20,000 bases of DNA, taken from an uncultured virus (IMG/VR IMGVR_UViG_3300030118_005494). Taxonomy: Duplodnaviria > Heunggongvirae > Uroviricota > Caudoviricetes. Shown here in pieces: positions 1 through 9,260 of the stretch (positions are counted from its first letter, which is position 1; every line of letters begins with the position of its first letter). Made by a program: the position numbers and the translations under genes. The stretch is taken from IMG/VR virus record IMGVR_UViG_3300030118_005494; one strand, 5' to 3'. A model generated the notes under the pieces. The model searched no databases. It had not been told where the DNA came from and saw only the letters and a program-made list of their open reading frames with translations.

Positions 1-117
1 AAACACTACATTTGCGCTAAGAAAAACAGTAGCAAGAAATGGTATTCCTGATTTTTGGTTTACCATTAATTGATACCGAGCTTTTGAAATAACTTTATTA
101 CATTCTTCTATATTCAT
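1..117 (-). CDS. 5' fragment of putative metallopeptidase/vWA-associated protein (DUF2201-like, N4 gp25-like), truncated by the window edge
   Basis: Manual translation from ATG at 117: MNIEECNKVISKARYQLMVNQKSGIPFLATVFLSANVVF. The KAR..L....PF.A pattern and the position right after a MoxR-like AAA ATPase fit the N4 gp24-gp25 pair. Confidence 0.6.
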   Translation of the reverse strand, partial: MNIEECNKVISKARYQLMVNQKSGIPFLATVFLSANVVF

Positions 118-119
118 AA

Positions 120-1202
120 TTACATCAACTGAAGACCAGCTTTAGTTTGAAGGGCACGATAAGTAGCTTTAGCACGTAACCTTGGGTTTCGTCTTAATAC
201 GTCTTTACAGAAGCATGAAATGAACTCAGGAGGGATACGTTGCATAAAGTATGAAATTGCAGTATCAACATCATCATCTTGTCCAAACTCTTGCGAGAGA
301 CGCACAGAGAGCATATACGCAATAGAGGGTGAACTAGGTATTGGTACTGTAGTTGGATTTTTTAGAATTTCATCAATTTTTGGAGCTTCTCTGAAGTACT
401 CACATTCTGCAATAAATTTGATTGCATGCTTAATGCCAATGGCACCTGCTATACGCATTGTATGCGCTTGTGTGATGTCTTCTATGTCTTCTATCATAGG
501 ACTCAAGAAATCTGTCCAAGTACGCTCACAAGGGTATGTGAGGTCTGTATCTTTTGGATTGAAGTCATTAAGCATTCCCGGGTCATTACGGATGTACGCA
601 ATAATGCGGCTATCTACATTTGATTTGATAGCGTAATCAAGCCAACTATCTAGATCTGACCGTACAGGGATATGGAATAGACGAGACTTCAAGGCAGTAC
701 TCATAGGAAGCACATGAGCGTTGTCTGTAACTAAGTTACCAGTAGCAGCACATATTACACTTTCATGTAGTTTATTTTGACCTACTAAACCATCTAGGAT
801 GATGCCATAAGCTGCGCTTTGAACGGCTTTAGCACATGAAGAAAGTTCCTCAAAGACAATAAGCCAACCATCGTAAGTTCCAATTTCTTTACCTTTTTTA
901 TCATATTTCTTAGGTAATTCATCACCCTCAACAGGAAATTGTTCCATAGGGATAAACTTACTTTTATTACCAGAAACAACAGGAAAACCATTGATAGCAA
1001 CGGGGTCGTAATAAGCTAAACGAATATCAATAAATAGTAGATTATACTCTTCAGCAATACTTTGTAGTGTCTTGGATTTACCTACCCCGGGTGAACTAGT
1101 CAAATATGGTACAAGTCCTGCGTCCATAGCATCCATAGCTAGTTCTTTGGCTTCAGGCAATGTTGAAGAAAATTGAGACATATCAAGTGGATTAGTGTCC
1201 AT
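120..1202 (-). CDS. MoxR-like AAA+ ATPase (N4 gp24-like)
   Basis: Walker A SSPGVGKS, Walker B-like LIVFEE, ATGN sensor, STALKSRL arginine-finger region, PCERTW motif. Confidence 0.85.
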   Translation of the reverse strand: MDTNPLDMSQFSSTLPEAKELAMDAMDAGLVPYLTSSPGVGKSKTLQSIAEEYNLLFIDIRLAYYDPVAINGFPVVSGNKSKFIPMEQFPVEGDELPKKYDKKGKEIGTYDGWLIVFEELSSCAKAVQSAAYGIILDGLVGQNKLHESVICAATGNLVTDNAHVLPMSTALKSRLFHIPVRSDLDSWLDYAIKSNVDSRIIAYIRNDPGMLNDFNPKDTDLTYPCERTWTDFLSPMIEDIEDITQAHTMRIAGAIGIKHAIKFIAECEYFREAPKIDEILKNPTTVPIPSSPSIAYMLSVRLSQEFGQDDDVDTAISYFMQRIPPEFISCFCKDVLRRNPRLRAKATYRALQTKAGLQLM

Positions 1203-1203
1203 A

Positions 1204-1395
1204 TTAACCTTCTAATAAATTTGTTAGTGTTTTTGCTTGAATAGTTGTATCAACTATTTCACGAAATTCTGATTCAATTAGTTTTAGTTTATTAGCTAAA
1301 GCTACTGACAAAGCAGCAGTGTCAATATTTCTGTGTGGGTTTGTTTCTACTGTTTCAGCCAATTTAATTAATTCAGATATAGTAAGATTTTCCAT
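1204..1395 (-). CDS. hypothetical protein (63 aa)
   Basis: Tightly packed ORF with a GGGG RBS-like motif upstream. Confidence 0.65.
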   Translation of the reverse strand: MENLTISELIKLAETVETNPHRNIDTAALSVALANKLKLIESEFREIVDTTIQAKTLTNLLEG

Positions 1396-1407
1396 TACTA
1401 CCCCAGA

Positions 1408-1424
1408 ACAAACCGAAGGTTTGT
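1408..1424 (-). promoter_or_regulatory. C-GAA-G triloop hairpin, possible virion-RNAP-type promoter or RNA structure
   Basis: + strand ACAAACC-GAA-GGTTTGT (7-bp stem), intergenic; C located 12 nt 5' of the loop centre. Confidence 0.4.
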
Positions 1425-1434
1425 ACTTATGTTG

Positions 1435-2028
1435 TTAAAGTAAATATTCAAAATCAGTATCAACCAATTTAGAAATTTTTAAGTAATAACCAAAAATAAC
1501 TATATCAATACTATGTACAGGGACATCTAAATTTTCTAATTTTTTGTTAATATGATGGAGTTCATATTGAGTAGATGGAGAAAGTTCGGAGTGCGTACTA
1601 ATAAAATGGATAGCATCAAAATTGTCTTTTAATTCTAAAATAGTATCAAGTTCTGAGACAAATCGTAAATCGGGAATAATAGTAATTTTGTCTGTGTATT
1701 GAGGTTTTGCAGCAGTCTCTAAAACATGTTTTGCAAATACAGAATTACCATACAAATCCTTATATAGAGTTTGGTATGCTTCAAGTATTTTTCGTGGAGT
1801 TATTTTTAAATTAAAGCCATGTTTACTATATACAATTTCAGTGTCTTTATATTCATCAGTAAAATTTGAAGTTTTTAAGCCAGTATCCTCTTGTACCATT
1901 GTACATAAAAGGGTAGCAAATGCTGAAATATCTACAGTATAAAGATTTTCTAGATGATTTTGTAAGTACTTGGCTGTAACATCTTTACCAGATCGCTTAT
2001 CACCCATAATAACAATTAATTTATTCAT
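1435..2028 (-). CDS. deoxynucleoside monophosphate kinase (T4 gp1-like)
   Basis: N-terminal P-loop GDKRSGKD, SAFA, TPRKILE and IIPDLRFVSE motifs. Confidence 0.8.
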   Translation of the reverse strand: MNKLIVIMGDKRSGKDVTAKYLQNHLENLYTVDISAFATLLCTMVQEDTGLKTSNFTDEYKDTEIVYSKHGFNLKITPRKILEAYQTLYKDLYGNSVFAKHVLETAAKPQYTDKITIIPDLRFVSELDTILELKDNFDAIHFISTHSELSPSTQYELHHINKKLENLDVPVHSIDIVIFGYYLKISKLVDTDFEYLL

Positions 2029-2210
2029 TTAAGTTCTTTACCTTTTAAGTTAATAAGCCTTTGGTTAGTAATTGAAGCTGATTCTCTCCATTGACCTTTA
2101 TGTAAATAGAGAGCGTAAAAACCATTAGGATTTGTTTTATAAAACGTACCTGAAATTAAGTATTGTCTTTCTTTTGACATAAAAAATAGGGTGCTAGGCA
2201 CCCTTTCCAT
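2025..2210 (-). CDS. hypothetical protein (start uncertain, possibly ATG at 2180)
   Basis: Stop overlaps the next start codon; the 5' part overlaps a terminator-like hairpin and no clear SD is visible. Confidence 0.5.
   Translation of the reverse strand: MERVPSTLFFMSKERQYLISGTFYKTNPNGFYALYLHKGQWRESASITNQRLINLKGKELK
2181..2204 (-). terminator. intrinsic terminator after the MazG-like gene
   Basis: Minus strand AGGGUGC-CUA-GCACCCU followed by AUUUUUU. Confidence 0.65.
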
Positions 2211-2228
2211 AACGGGGAGGAATAAAAC

Positions 2229-2822
2229 TTATTCTTTATCTTTGCGTGCTACAGCTTGTGCATCAGAATAAGAACCAGATGAATACCGGGCGTTGGTGCC
2301 AGTAAGAAGTTTTTCTTGGTTAGCTTGAATGGCTTCATTAATAAAATCATCAACGTTATCCAGTAATTGCGCTTTATGTACAAACATTTCAACCTTAGTA
2401 CGAACTGCGTTATAGAAAATACGTAATGCATCTAATTGGTCTTGTTTTGGTGTGTCTTTTGCATACACTACATGTTTTTTTAAAACACCAAATGGACCTA
2501 GTACATCGTTAATCGGGTCTACAAGTAAAGTTTGAGTAATGTAAGATAGGTTATCTTTGAATTCACCTTGAATTGTAGATGCATACCCCATCAGATAAAA
2601 CATGAAATCGCCCAACTCTTCGGTAACGTTTTTGGAATCATTGTTATAAATTGCAGCCTGTAATTCATTAAACTCATCAAACAAGCCTGTAAGCATATGC
2701 CAACGATTAATAAGTTCTGGTGTCATTTGGCTTAATAGTTCTTCTGGGTCTTTAATTAAGACAAGAGGAACATCATGTGTATACTGTGCTAAAGCAAGTA
2801 CTAAGTTTTGTTTTGTGATCAT
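2229..2822 (-). CDS. mazG: MazG-like nucleotide pyrophosphohydrolase
   Basis: DEFNEL...EELGDFMFY acidic helices; C-terminal N.EKL..RY.SG.YSD.QA.AR.DK typical of phage MazG-like proteins. Confidence 0.75.
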   Translation of the reverse strand: MITKQNLVLALAQYTHDVPLVLIKDPEELLSQMTPELINRWHMLTGLFDEFNELQAAIYNNDSKNVTEELGDFMFYLMGYASTIQGEFKDNLSYITQTLLVDPINDVLGPFGVLKKHVVYAKDTPKQDQLDALRIFYNAVRTKVEMFVHKAQLLDNVDDFINEAIQANQEKLLTGTNARYSSGSYSDAQAVARKDKE

Positions 2823-2833
2823 TATATTTCCTA

Positions 2834-3283
2834 TTAAAATTCTTGGTAAACACCAAGTGCTGTGAAAATTTCCATAACCTGATCATTAGTCAAATTATGT
2901 CCATTAATTGATGCAATCCATCCAGCCCCAATAAGTCTACCTTTATTCATGGTATCCAATACAGTTTTGTGATGACTGTTAAATGTGTCTATCATTTCGG
3001 TATGGGTTTTAGGGTCTTTGTTTTGGATTGCTTCAAATTCTAGGGAATGTTTAAAAGTACCGTCAGAACGTTTCTTTACACTAAACCCAGCCATATACAT
3101 CATCCATTGATATCGGAGTGTAGTTAATGCTTCATAGTCTTTTAGGCTAATTTGGGTTATTACTTGTTTTTTATGTAAATGATATAAAACTACTTTTTGG
3201 TTATACATTCCATTTGTAGCAAATACTGCTACTTTGTTACGCATTGATGCTCTGAAAAGTAATGCTTGTTTTTGTTTGTTCAT
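2834..3283 (-). CDS. hypothetical protein (149 aa)
   Basis: Packed ORF in the operon with a GGA RBS. Confidence 0.7.
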   Translation of the reverse strand: MNKQKQALLFRASMRNKVAVFATNGMYNQKVVLYHLHKKQVITQISLKDYEALTTLRYQWMMYMAGFSVKKRSDGTFKHSLEFEAIQNKDPKTHTEMIDTFNSHHKTVLDTMNKGRLIGAGWIASINGHNLTNDQVMEIFTALGVYQEF

Positions 3284-3286
3284 AGT

Positions 3287-3520
3287 TTATCCAAATGATT
3301 TACGGGCATCAGCTTCATTATCAAATAAACGACAACCCCAAACAGTGAGTTTTTTGCTGTCATATAACGAACGCATATCACTATCTTTCATTACAGCATC
3401 ACAAGCTTTTCCAAAGTTTAATGCAGTAGCACTACCTAAGAATTTTGCAGTATCTGTGTTGCCTGTGATGTTGTATCCTTCCATCCAAACATTAAATTGT
3501 TTTGGCTTCTTTTTTGGCAT
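3287..3520 (-). CDS. small phage hypothetical protein (77 aa)
   Basis: AAAGGA RBS; VWMEGY and WGCRLFDNEADARKSFG motifs recalled from other phage small proteins. Confidence 0.75.
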   Translation of the reverse strand: MPKKKPKQFNVWMEGYNITGNTDTAKFLGSATALNFGKACDAVMKDSDMRSLYDSKKLTVWGCRLFDNEADARKSFG

Positions 3521-3531
3521 TACGATTCCTT

Positions 3532-3762
3532 TTATTTTTTAATAGCTAGTTTGACACCTTCAAGAGTTTTCCAGAACAAGATCAAAACCATAGTGGAAAT
3601 AATGACAATGCCCATGAAGACCCAACCTACAACCAAGAAAGAAATTCTAGCCCAACGTTTTTGGAGAATAGTAAAATCATTTTTGTATTCTTGGATAAGG
3701 ATAGAATTTAAAACAAAGTTAACTACAACAATAGCGAGTATTGAAAGTATTTCATTTAGCAT
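3532..3762 (-). CDS. small membrane protein
   Basis: Two hydrophobic segments; overlaps the HNH stop codon. Confidence 0.65.
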   Translation of the reverse strand: MLNEILSILAIVVVNFVLNSILIQEYKNDFTILQKRWARISFLVVGWVFMGIVIISTMVLILFWKTLEGVKLAIKK

Positions 3763-4057
3763 TACGATTTCTTTTATCCCTCAGTATGCAATTTTTCTTA
3801 TGTGTAACTGGGTTTAGGTGATTAGGGTTAACACAAGCCCGATTACAGCAAGAATGGTCTAACTCACGATTCTCAATATTACCCCCAACAAGAATGGTGT
3901 AAATGGCTCTGTGCGCCATATTACGGACACCTTTGTACCAAGTACGCTGATAACCATTAGGAGTTGGATCTTTGCCTTCAAATAGCCAACAGGAGGTTTC
4001 AGGGCATACTTTAATTTTTTCTTGCATATGTGGGGGCAATACTGAGATATCGTACAT
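3752..4057 (-). CDS. HNH endonuclease
   Basis: CWLF...GY...AHR...LDHSCCNRACVNPNHLNPVTHKKN, an HNH_3-type signature. Confidence 0.9.
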   Translation of the reverse strand: MYDISVLPPHMQEKIKVCPETSCWLFEGKDPTPNGYQRTWYKGVRNMAHRAIYTILVGGNIENRELDHSCCNRACVNPNHLNPVTHKKNCILRDKRNRNAK

Positions 4058-5145
4058 TATTTTAGCTTACCTTGTCTGTATTGGTCTGTAACATCTTCTA
4101 CGACTTTGTAACTACATACTCGGACTTTTGTATGATCATAATCAGAAGGGATTGATACAAAGTCTTGAGGTCGAACAATGCATTTAATTACACGAATACG
4201 AGTATCAGCACCATATGAACTTAGGTAAGATGGTGCACATACATGTAAACCTCTAGAGCATGTTTGATCAGGGTCTTCGACTACAGAACTGCGAAGCATT
4301 GTTACAGTTTCACCTACACCGTTGAAAATAGTATTTGAATAGAGATCCATAAAATCATTGTCTACTTTTTTATAGCATACAACGTTACCTTTATCAGTTA
4401 TTTCAATGTGGGCTTTTTTAATAAAAGTCCAAATTCTTTCATAAATATTGAGTGAAGGGCATGCTTGAATATTTTCAAAGAACTTCAATAAATGCTCAAA
4501 AGGTTCTTCCCGGGTAAATGCATCTATAAGGTCATCTGCAAAATTATTTTTAATTGGCGTATCATTCATAAAGAATTGGTCATTCTCAATTCTAAAATTG
4601 CCTTTTAAATACTTCTGTGCAGCAATTTTAATTGAAGCCAGTTCTAGTGCTTTTTCATTGTTACCTAGGGTCAATTCTAAAGCAATGTCTTGGTACTTAG
4701 GATGTTCTTTGGTTACAGCTAAAGAATCACCATCATCCAGTAAGAGGGTGATAAAAGAACCGGGGTCAATTGTCGCAGAAATAATAGTACGCTTTTCATT
4801 TGTACTTTCTGTTGGTGTATCTGCCTTATCCGCAACTTCTGGTTCAGCAGTTTCAGGCTTTTTTACAGGAGCTTTAGGTCTAGATTTTTTAGGAGTTTTA
4901 TCAGAGTCAGCTAAAACTTTCTTAGGATCTTTCTTGGGTTTATCTTTTGTTATAGTAGTGGCAGTAGTTTTATTTTCTTTGTGTAATCCTACGTTACTTA
5001 AAATCCTGTTTAAAGTTCTAGGGCTAATATCAAACTCTGCAGCTAGTTTTGTTTTGTTAACAGCACCATCTTTGAGTCTTTTTTCATACTCAGTAATTAT
5101 ACTGTTGTTACGCTTTTCTACTTGGTTGGGTGTTAATTTTGTCAT
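4057..5145 (-). CDS. rIIB: rIIB-like protein with N-terminal HTH
   Basis: HTH (KTKLAAEFDISPRTLNRIL), low-complexity linker, then IEITDKGNVVCYKKV, TCSRGLHVC and DFVSIPSDY..K.RVC.Y motifs. Confidence 0.9.
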   Translation of the reverse strand: MTKLTPNQVEKRNNSIITEYEKRLKDGAVNKTKLAAEFDISPRTLNRILSNVGLHKENKTTATTITKDKPKKDPKKVLADSDKTPKKSRPKAPVKKPETAEPEVADKADTPTESTNEKRTIISATIDPGSFITLLLDDGDSLAVTKEHPKYQDIALELTLGNNEKALELASIKIAAQKYLKGNFRIENDQFFMNDTPIKNNFADDLIDAFTREEPFEHLLKFFENIQACPSLNIYERIWTFIKKAHIEITDKGNVVCYKKVDNDFMDLYSNTIFNGVGETVTMLRSSVVEDPDQTCSRGLHVCAPSYLSSYGADTRIRVIKCIVRPQDFVSIPSDYDHTKVRVCSYKVVEDVTDQYRQGKLK

Positions 5146-7423
5146 ACTTGTTTGCCTTATGAATTAAAATAAATAGTCGTTGTAGCCTGCTTAGTGTATT
5201 ACGACTAAGCTTAATTCCTAAATATTTTGGGTTTTGTAATAAACGTTCTATTTTTGCTAGTTTCTTTGCTAAAGTTCTTGCTACATGTTTAACATAGCTT
5301 AATTCAGATCTTGGAACTTTTGGGATAAAATAATCACAAAAAGGAAGCATTGATATATTTTTATCTTCTTCATGTTCAATCAAGAAATCTGAGTAGTTTC
5401 GTAAAAAGTTAAAAACATTTTTGTACAAATACTCTAATGTTGAGTCATTTACTAACTTATAGATTGTTTTATAGTAATCAGTGTAATTAAAGTATAAACT
5501 ACTTTCGAATACAGAAATCTGTGCTGCTCGTAAATGAAGTTTATAAAGCTTTTTACTTTTTTGTGTTTTATTAGCAAAGTCAGAACCAAGTAAAAAAGAA
5601 TAACGTTTAGATTCTTTTATTTTGTAATACGCAGATGAAGATACAAAAACAAATCTAATATTACTTTTCAATAAAAAGTTTGCTTTTAGAAATACTAAAT
5701 ATTCAAGCATATATGTGAATGTACGTTTGTATGTCACATCTACAAAATAAGTAGTATAATTAGGATCTTCAGATAGTGTACTGAAGAACGCTAGTGTAGT
5801 CTTTCCAATTTCTGTTGTGTGTACTACGCTTGTGTTATCGGAATTACAATAAGCCACATCAAACCATGTTCGTGGTTGTGATGCTTTTACTTTCTGTTGT
5901 ATTTTTTCTTCTTGTTCTTTTGGTAACTTTGGTAAATCAACAACTACTATTTCATCATAATACTTCTGTAATTTACTTTTTAGTTTTTGAACGTTTTCAC
6001 TATCTATAACTAAAAAACCATTTGATCTATGAGAAGCATAGGTAGAAAAAGCAGAATCATAACTAATTTCACCATGGTTTAAAAAATACCCTAATTTATG
6101 TCTCATTTGAGGTTGCTTAACATATATAGTACAAGTTTTATTAGGGCTTGCTATGTGTTTTTCATAGTTAAATTTAAATGTTTTTTCTTTACTTGGATAG
6201 CAAACTGATACATTAAAAAGGTTAGAAACAGTATCTAGTGTACTATTTAATTTACTTCTCCATATTGGAATGAAGTGCACTAGACTAGTTCTCTTTTCTA
6301 GTGCACTCCAAAAAAATGTATAATTTCGTTTAATGTAATCTTTTGTAGTATTACCAAACTTTGTATTGTTTAAATTATCAGTAATAACTGAATACGAATT
6401 TTTTCGGTTAGCCCAAACAAAAGTTAAAATTTCTTTTTTATAGTGTTTTAAAATTTTACTAAGCAAAAGACTTACTACATGGTTAGTTCTTTCACTATAT
6501 TCTAAATTTTCACGATCTGGTTTAATATCTACAGCATCAACAGGAACATCTACGACAAATTGATATATTCCAGAAAGACTTTGAATTGCACTTAATTCTT
6601 CTTTCCATTTTTCTCCATGGTCTGAGTCTAGAGATAAAGGATAAAGTACACATCCCATGCGAATTGCAAAACTAGACTGATAATGGATATTAGCAGAGTA
6701 AAGAGGAAGTGATATTTCTGAAAGCTCTAATTCATTGTCTTGGGTAGGTAGATCAATTTTAACATTTAAGAAAGTTTTAGGGTTTTCCAGAGTATAACGA
6801 TACCTGATATTATCACGACCAAAAACATTAGGTTTTACATCAAATGCGCTTAGTTCTTCTTCAAATGCATTAACAAATTTTTGGATGTTATTTTCTGATA
6901 CAGGAACCTTTACCATTACACCGTTAGGCTCATCTGTTGGACCTTCTTGGAGTAGTTCTAATGGATTTTCATTCTTTTGGATACTGCTTCTGAATGTTCT
7001 ACGAATACCATCTAAATATGTTGTAATGAAATAAACTTCAGTAATTGCAAATGGACTTTTACCTCCAATACCCCAACCACCAATAGAGTTACTTTCAGAG
7101 TTTTTAGATGAGTTGCCTAGCACTGAGTACACTTTAACAACTTGGTCTATATCCATAGAACAGCCATAGTCACGTACTATAAAGTACGGGTCTAATTTAG
7201 TTGGTAGAGTTACATCAAAAGGTTGATCTTGTTTGTTTACTGCAATGTGCGCATCTAAGCAGTTGGTGCATAGTTCACGAACAATTGCATTGATTGGACG
7301 TAAATATAAGCTTTTAGTTAAGATAGTAAAAACTGTATTGTTCTGTTTGGCAGTATAATCCACTTTCATTAAAGGCTTAATGCCGATTGTTTTTACTTGG
7401 CTTTTAGTTAAGTTAAGACGCAT
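5108..7423 (-). CDS. rIIA: rIIA-like protein (N-terminal GHKL/HSP90-like ATPase)
   Basis: LY..PINAIVRELCTNCLDAH, VRDYG, IGGWGIGGKSPFA, TDEPNGV.V.VPV and PDRENLEY motifs; directly upstream of rIIB. Confidence 0.9.
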   Translation of the reverse strand: MRLNLTKSQVKTIGIKPLMKVDYTAKQNNTVFTILTKSLYLRPINAIVRELCTNCLDAHIAVNKQDQPFDVTLPTKLDPYFIVRDYGCSMDIDQVVKVYSVLGNSSKNSESNSIGGWGIGGKSPFAITEVYFITTYLDGIRRTFRSSIQKNENPLELLQEGPTDEPNGVMVKVPVSENNIQKFVNAFEEELSAFDVKPNVFGRDNIRYRYTLENPKTFLNVKIDLPTQDNELELSEISLPLYSANIHYQSSFAIRMGCVLYPLSLDSDHGEKWKEELSAIQSLSGIYQFVVDVPVDAVDIKPDRENLEYSERTNHVVSLLLSKILKHYKKEILTFVWANRKNSYSVITDNLNNTKFGNTTKDYIKRNYTFFWSALEKRTSLVHFIPIWRSKLNSTLDTVSNLFNVSVCYPSKEKTFKFNYEKHIASPNKTCTIYVKQPQMRHKLGYFLNHGEISYDSAFSTYASHRSNGFLVIDSENVQKLKSKLQKYYDEIVVVDLPKLPKEQEEKIQQKVKASQPRTWFDVAYCNSDNTSVVHTTEIGKTTLAFFSTLSEDPNYTTYFVDVTYKRTFTYMLEYLVFLKANFLLKSNIRFVFVSSSAYYKIKESKRYSFLLGSDFANKTQKSKKLYKLHLRAAQISVFESSLYFNYTDYYKTIYKLVNDSTLEYLYKNVFNFLRNYSDFLIEHEEDKNISMLPFCDYFIPKVPRSELSYVKHVARTLAKKLAKIERLLQNPKYLGIKLSRNTLSRLQRLFILIHKANKYDKINTQPSRKA

Positions 7424-8025
7424 TACTTTTCCCCGTATTTTTCTGCTGCGTATGTTGTGTAATGTTCTTGGTATGCTTTTGCATTTTTTACTAGAAAATC
7501 AGAAAGAACTTCTTCGTTATCTACAACCCAAACAGAAGCAAAAGTATGTAGTTCTTTTTGGATCATATAAGTTACATCTTCAATGCTGTAACCAGCAAAG
7601 TCTGAGTAGTAATTAATTAAGTCGAATGCAGCCCCATTTATTGCTTGTTTTATGCTACTGAAGTTAGCGTACACAAAAATATTGTTTGCAATTAAGTACC
7701 GAATAAACATAGGTTGTGCAGCTATTCCTATTGCTTTACCTCGTATTTCTTGTTTCATTCGATATTTTTTATCAAACTTAATACGAATACTTTTATAGAA
7801 GTTAGCCATGGTTTTATAGTCATAATACTCTTCAACTAAAAGTGGGATTGTACTTACTCTGGTTCTGAGGGTTATTGTAATCCCATCAAATAACTTTGTT
7901 TCTGCGTTTGTTCCTACAGGTAATTCTTTAAATAATACCGGAATTTCTTTTACGCTAAAGTAATAACTAATACTTCCTACTACAGCCAGAAATACGGCAA
8001 TAAAAATAAAAATTGAAATAATCAT
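7423..8025 (-). CDS. N-terminally membrane-anchored protein, possibly a divergent SPFH/band-7-like protein
   Basis: Hydrophobic residues 2-23; weak resemblance only (DGITITL, GYSIEDV); GGAG RBS. Confidence 0.55.
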   Translation of the reverse strand: MIISIFIFIAVFLAVVGSISYYFSVKEIPVLFKELPVGTNAETKLFDGITITLRTRVSTIPLLVEEYYDYKTMANFYKSIRIKFDKKYRMKQEIRGKAIGIAAQPMFIRYLIANNIFVYANFSSIKQAINGAAFDLINYYSDFAGYSIEDVTYMIQKELHTFASVWVVDNEEVLSDFLVKNAKAYQEHYTTYAAEKYGEK

Positions 8026-8049
8026 GGTAACTCCATAGGTGAAATAAAA

Positions 8050-8131
8050 TGCACATTAAACTGTAGATAATCATTACGGACGAGAGCATGAACGTAAATT
8101 AAAATTAAGACTATCTACAGATTAATATGCA
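8050..8131 (-). ncRNA. putative structured RNA (sRNA or 5'UTR element) carrying an anti-RBS sequence against RNAP2
   Basis: 23-bp inverted repeat 8050-8072/8109-8131 with 20 Watson-Crick pairs; two of three mismatches are G-U on the minus strand; inner stem 8074-8078/8093-8097; 8078-8088 is the reverse complement of 9261-9271. Confidence 0.55.
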
Positions 8132-8225
8132 CTGGACTATCTAGTTTTAGGGTATAGGGTAAAGTAGCTAAAAATAGCTGTTTTAAGTAAAGTTAGGATA
8201 TTATTTTTAAAAAATAAAATACCAG

Positions 8226-8245
8226 AAAAAGACACCGAAGGTGTC
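8226..8245 (-). terminator. intrinsic terminator after RNAP2
   Basis: Minus strand GACACC-UUC-GGUGUC followed by UUUUU, about 25 nt after the RNAP2 stop. Confidence 0.7.
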
Positions 8246-8270
8246 CTTTCCTGTATATTTTTTATTCAAT

Positions 8271-9260
8271 TTAGCATATATGATATTCAGCTGTTTTCAT
8301 TAGAGTAGATAGTTTAGAAGTTCTCTTTCTAGTTCTTATGAACTTTCCTGAAACTTCTCTTGCTATCGTATCTAATAAGTTCGAATCAGCTAGTTCTTTG
8401 AATATCTTTAAGTAGTGATACCTCAGTTCATTTACTCTATTTGGAAGTACTGCAAAACAGTCATGAATACTTAAGATAGGAAAGTTGCATCGTCTGCGTA
8501 ATTCTCTAACTACATATCCGTCTATAGACTGTACTATGTTTGCTGGCATTGGCTTGTTGTACGTACTGGTAGTATTGTCAGTGAATTGATATGTGAAAGT
8601 AGTACCTTCTAATTCATTGATTTCTACCTTAGTTTGGAACTTATCCAGTACAGGTACATGTGCAACATGACCATCAGGTAATGTCCATTGGTGGTACAGT
8701 GCTTTACTGTTCCAGAATGACAGCATTAAGTACATAAGGTCTGTAGCCCCGGGAAACTCTTCAGCAAGGGTTGTATAGAACATTTCAAGTTCATGTGTAT
8801 CCTTGCCAAATACCTTCTGAGGTTCTGCTGTAGAAGCATAAAAGAATGTCATTGTAGGTGGTTTGATCACACTTCGTTCAAGGCGCTTACCTACAAATTT
8901 AGACATTGTTTCAGCCATATTGTTGTAAGCACACTGACACCCATTAACGTTAATGAGATTGACATTCTCAGCAGTGTCAGGACATCCAGACAGTACAGCT
9001 AATATTTGCAACCCAGAAGCTGTAGCATCGAACATAACAGGTATGTTACAAGGTTCACCTTTATACGCTGCATCTATGGCTCTAACAGTTTTAGCTGCAA
9101 GTATTGCTTCTTTCCCTGTTTCCAGTATTTCTTCTCTGTTTATGTTGTTGTGATATACAGCTTGACCTATCTCTAATCTTTCATCCCAATCTTCTTTATC
9201 GAAGCCTAAATTATTGGCTAAGTTAATGAATAAATACTCTAAACCTGTAAATTGGCGCAT
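8271..9260 (-). CDS. RNAP2: N4-like RNA polymerase II subunit 2 (gp16-like; catalytic half of the split T7-type RNAP)
   Basis: Motif A FDATASGLQ, motif B R..IK..TMT.FY, ANIVQSIDG and motif C IHDCF; N-terminal FTGLEYL.I..AN. Confidence 0.95.
   Translation of the reverse strand: MRQFTGLEYLFINLANNLGFDKEDWDERLEIGQAVYHNNINREEILETGKEAILAAKTVRAIDAAYKGEPCNIPVMFDATASGLQILAVLSGCPDTAENVNLINVNGCQCAYNNMAETMSKFVGKRLERSVIKPPTMTFFYASTAEPQKVFGKDTHELEMFYTTLAEEFPGATDLMYLMLSFWNSKALYHQWTLPDGHVAHVPVLDKFQTKVEINELEGTTFTYQFTDNTTSTYNKPMPANIVQSIDGYVVRELRRRCNFPILSIHDCFAVLPNRVNELRYHYLKIFKELADSNLLDTIAREVSGKFIRTRKRTSKLSTLMKTAEYHIC

Noticed and set aside
220..636. + strand ORFs opposite the AAA ATPase, and similar ORFs at 3234-3817, 4598-5167, 5815-6009, 7380-7616, 8793-9153, 10145-10414, 11618-11857, 13128-13361 and 13980-14195
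   Set aside because: Antisense shadows of well-supported minus-strand genes, with no recognisable motifs.
794..1000. Nested minus-strand ORFs 794..1000 and 2249..2431
   Set aside because: Out-of-frame inside conserved genes, with no supporting signals.
3752..4057. HNH gene as part of a group I intron
   Set aside because: Flanking genes are intact and overlap it directly, leaving no room for an intron core; it is a free-standing HNH.
8231..8245. GAA triloop hairpin as a virion-RNAP promoter
   Set aside because: Lacks the conserved C, has a U-tract and follows a stop codon, so a terminator fits better.
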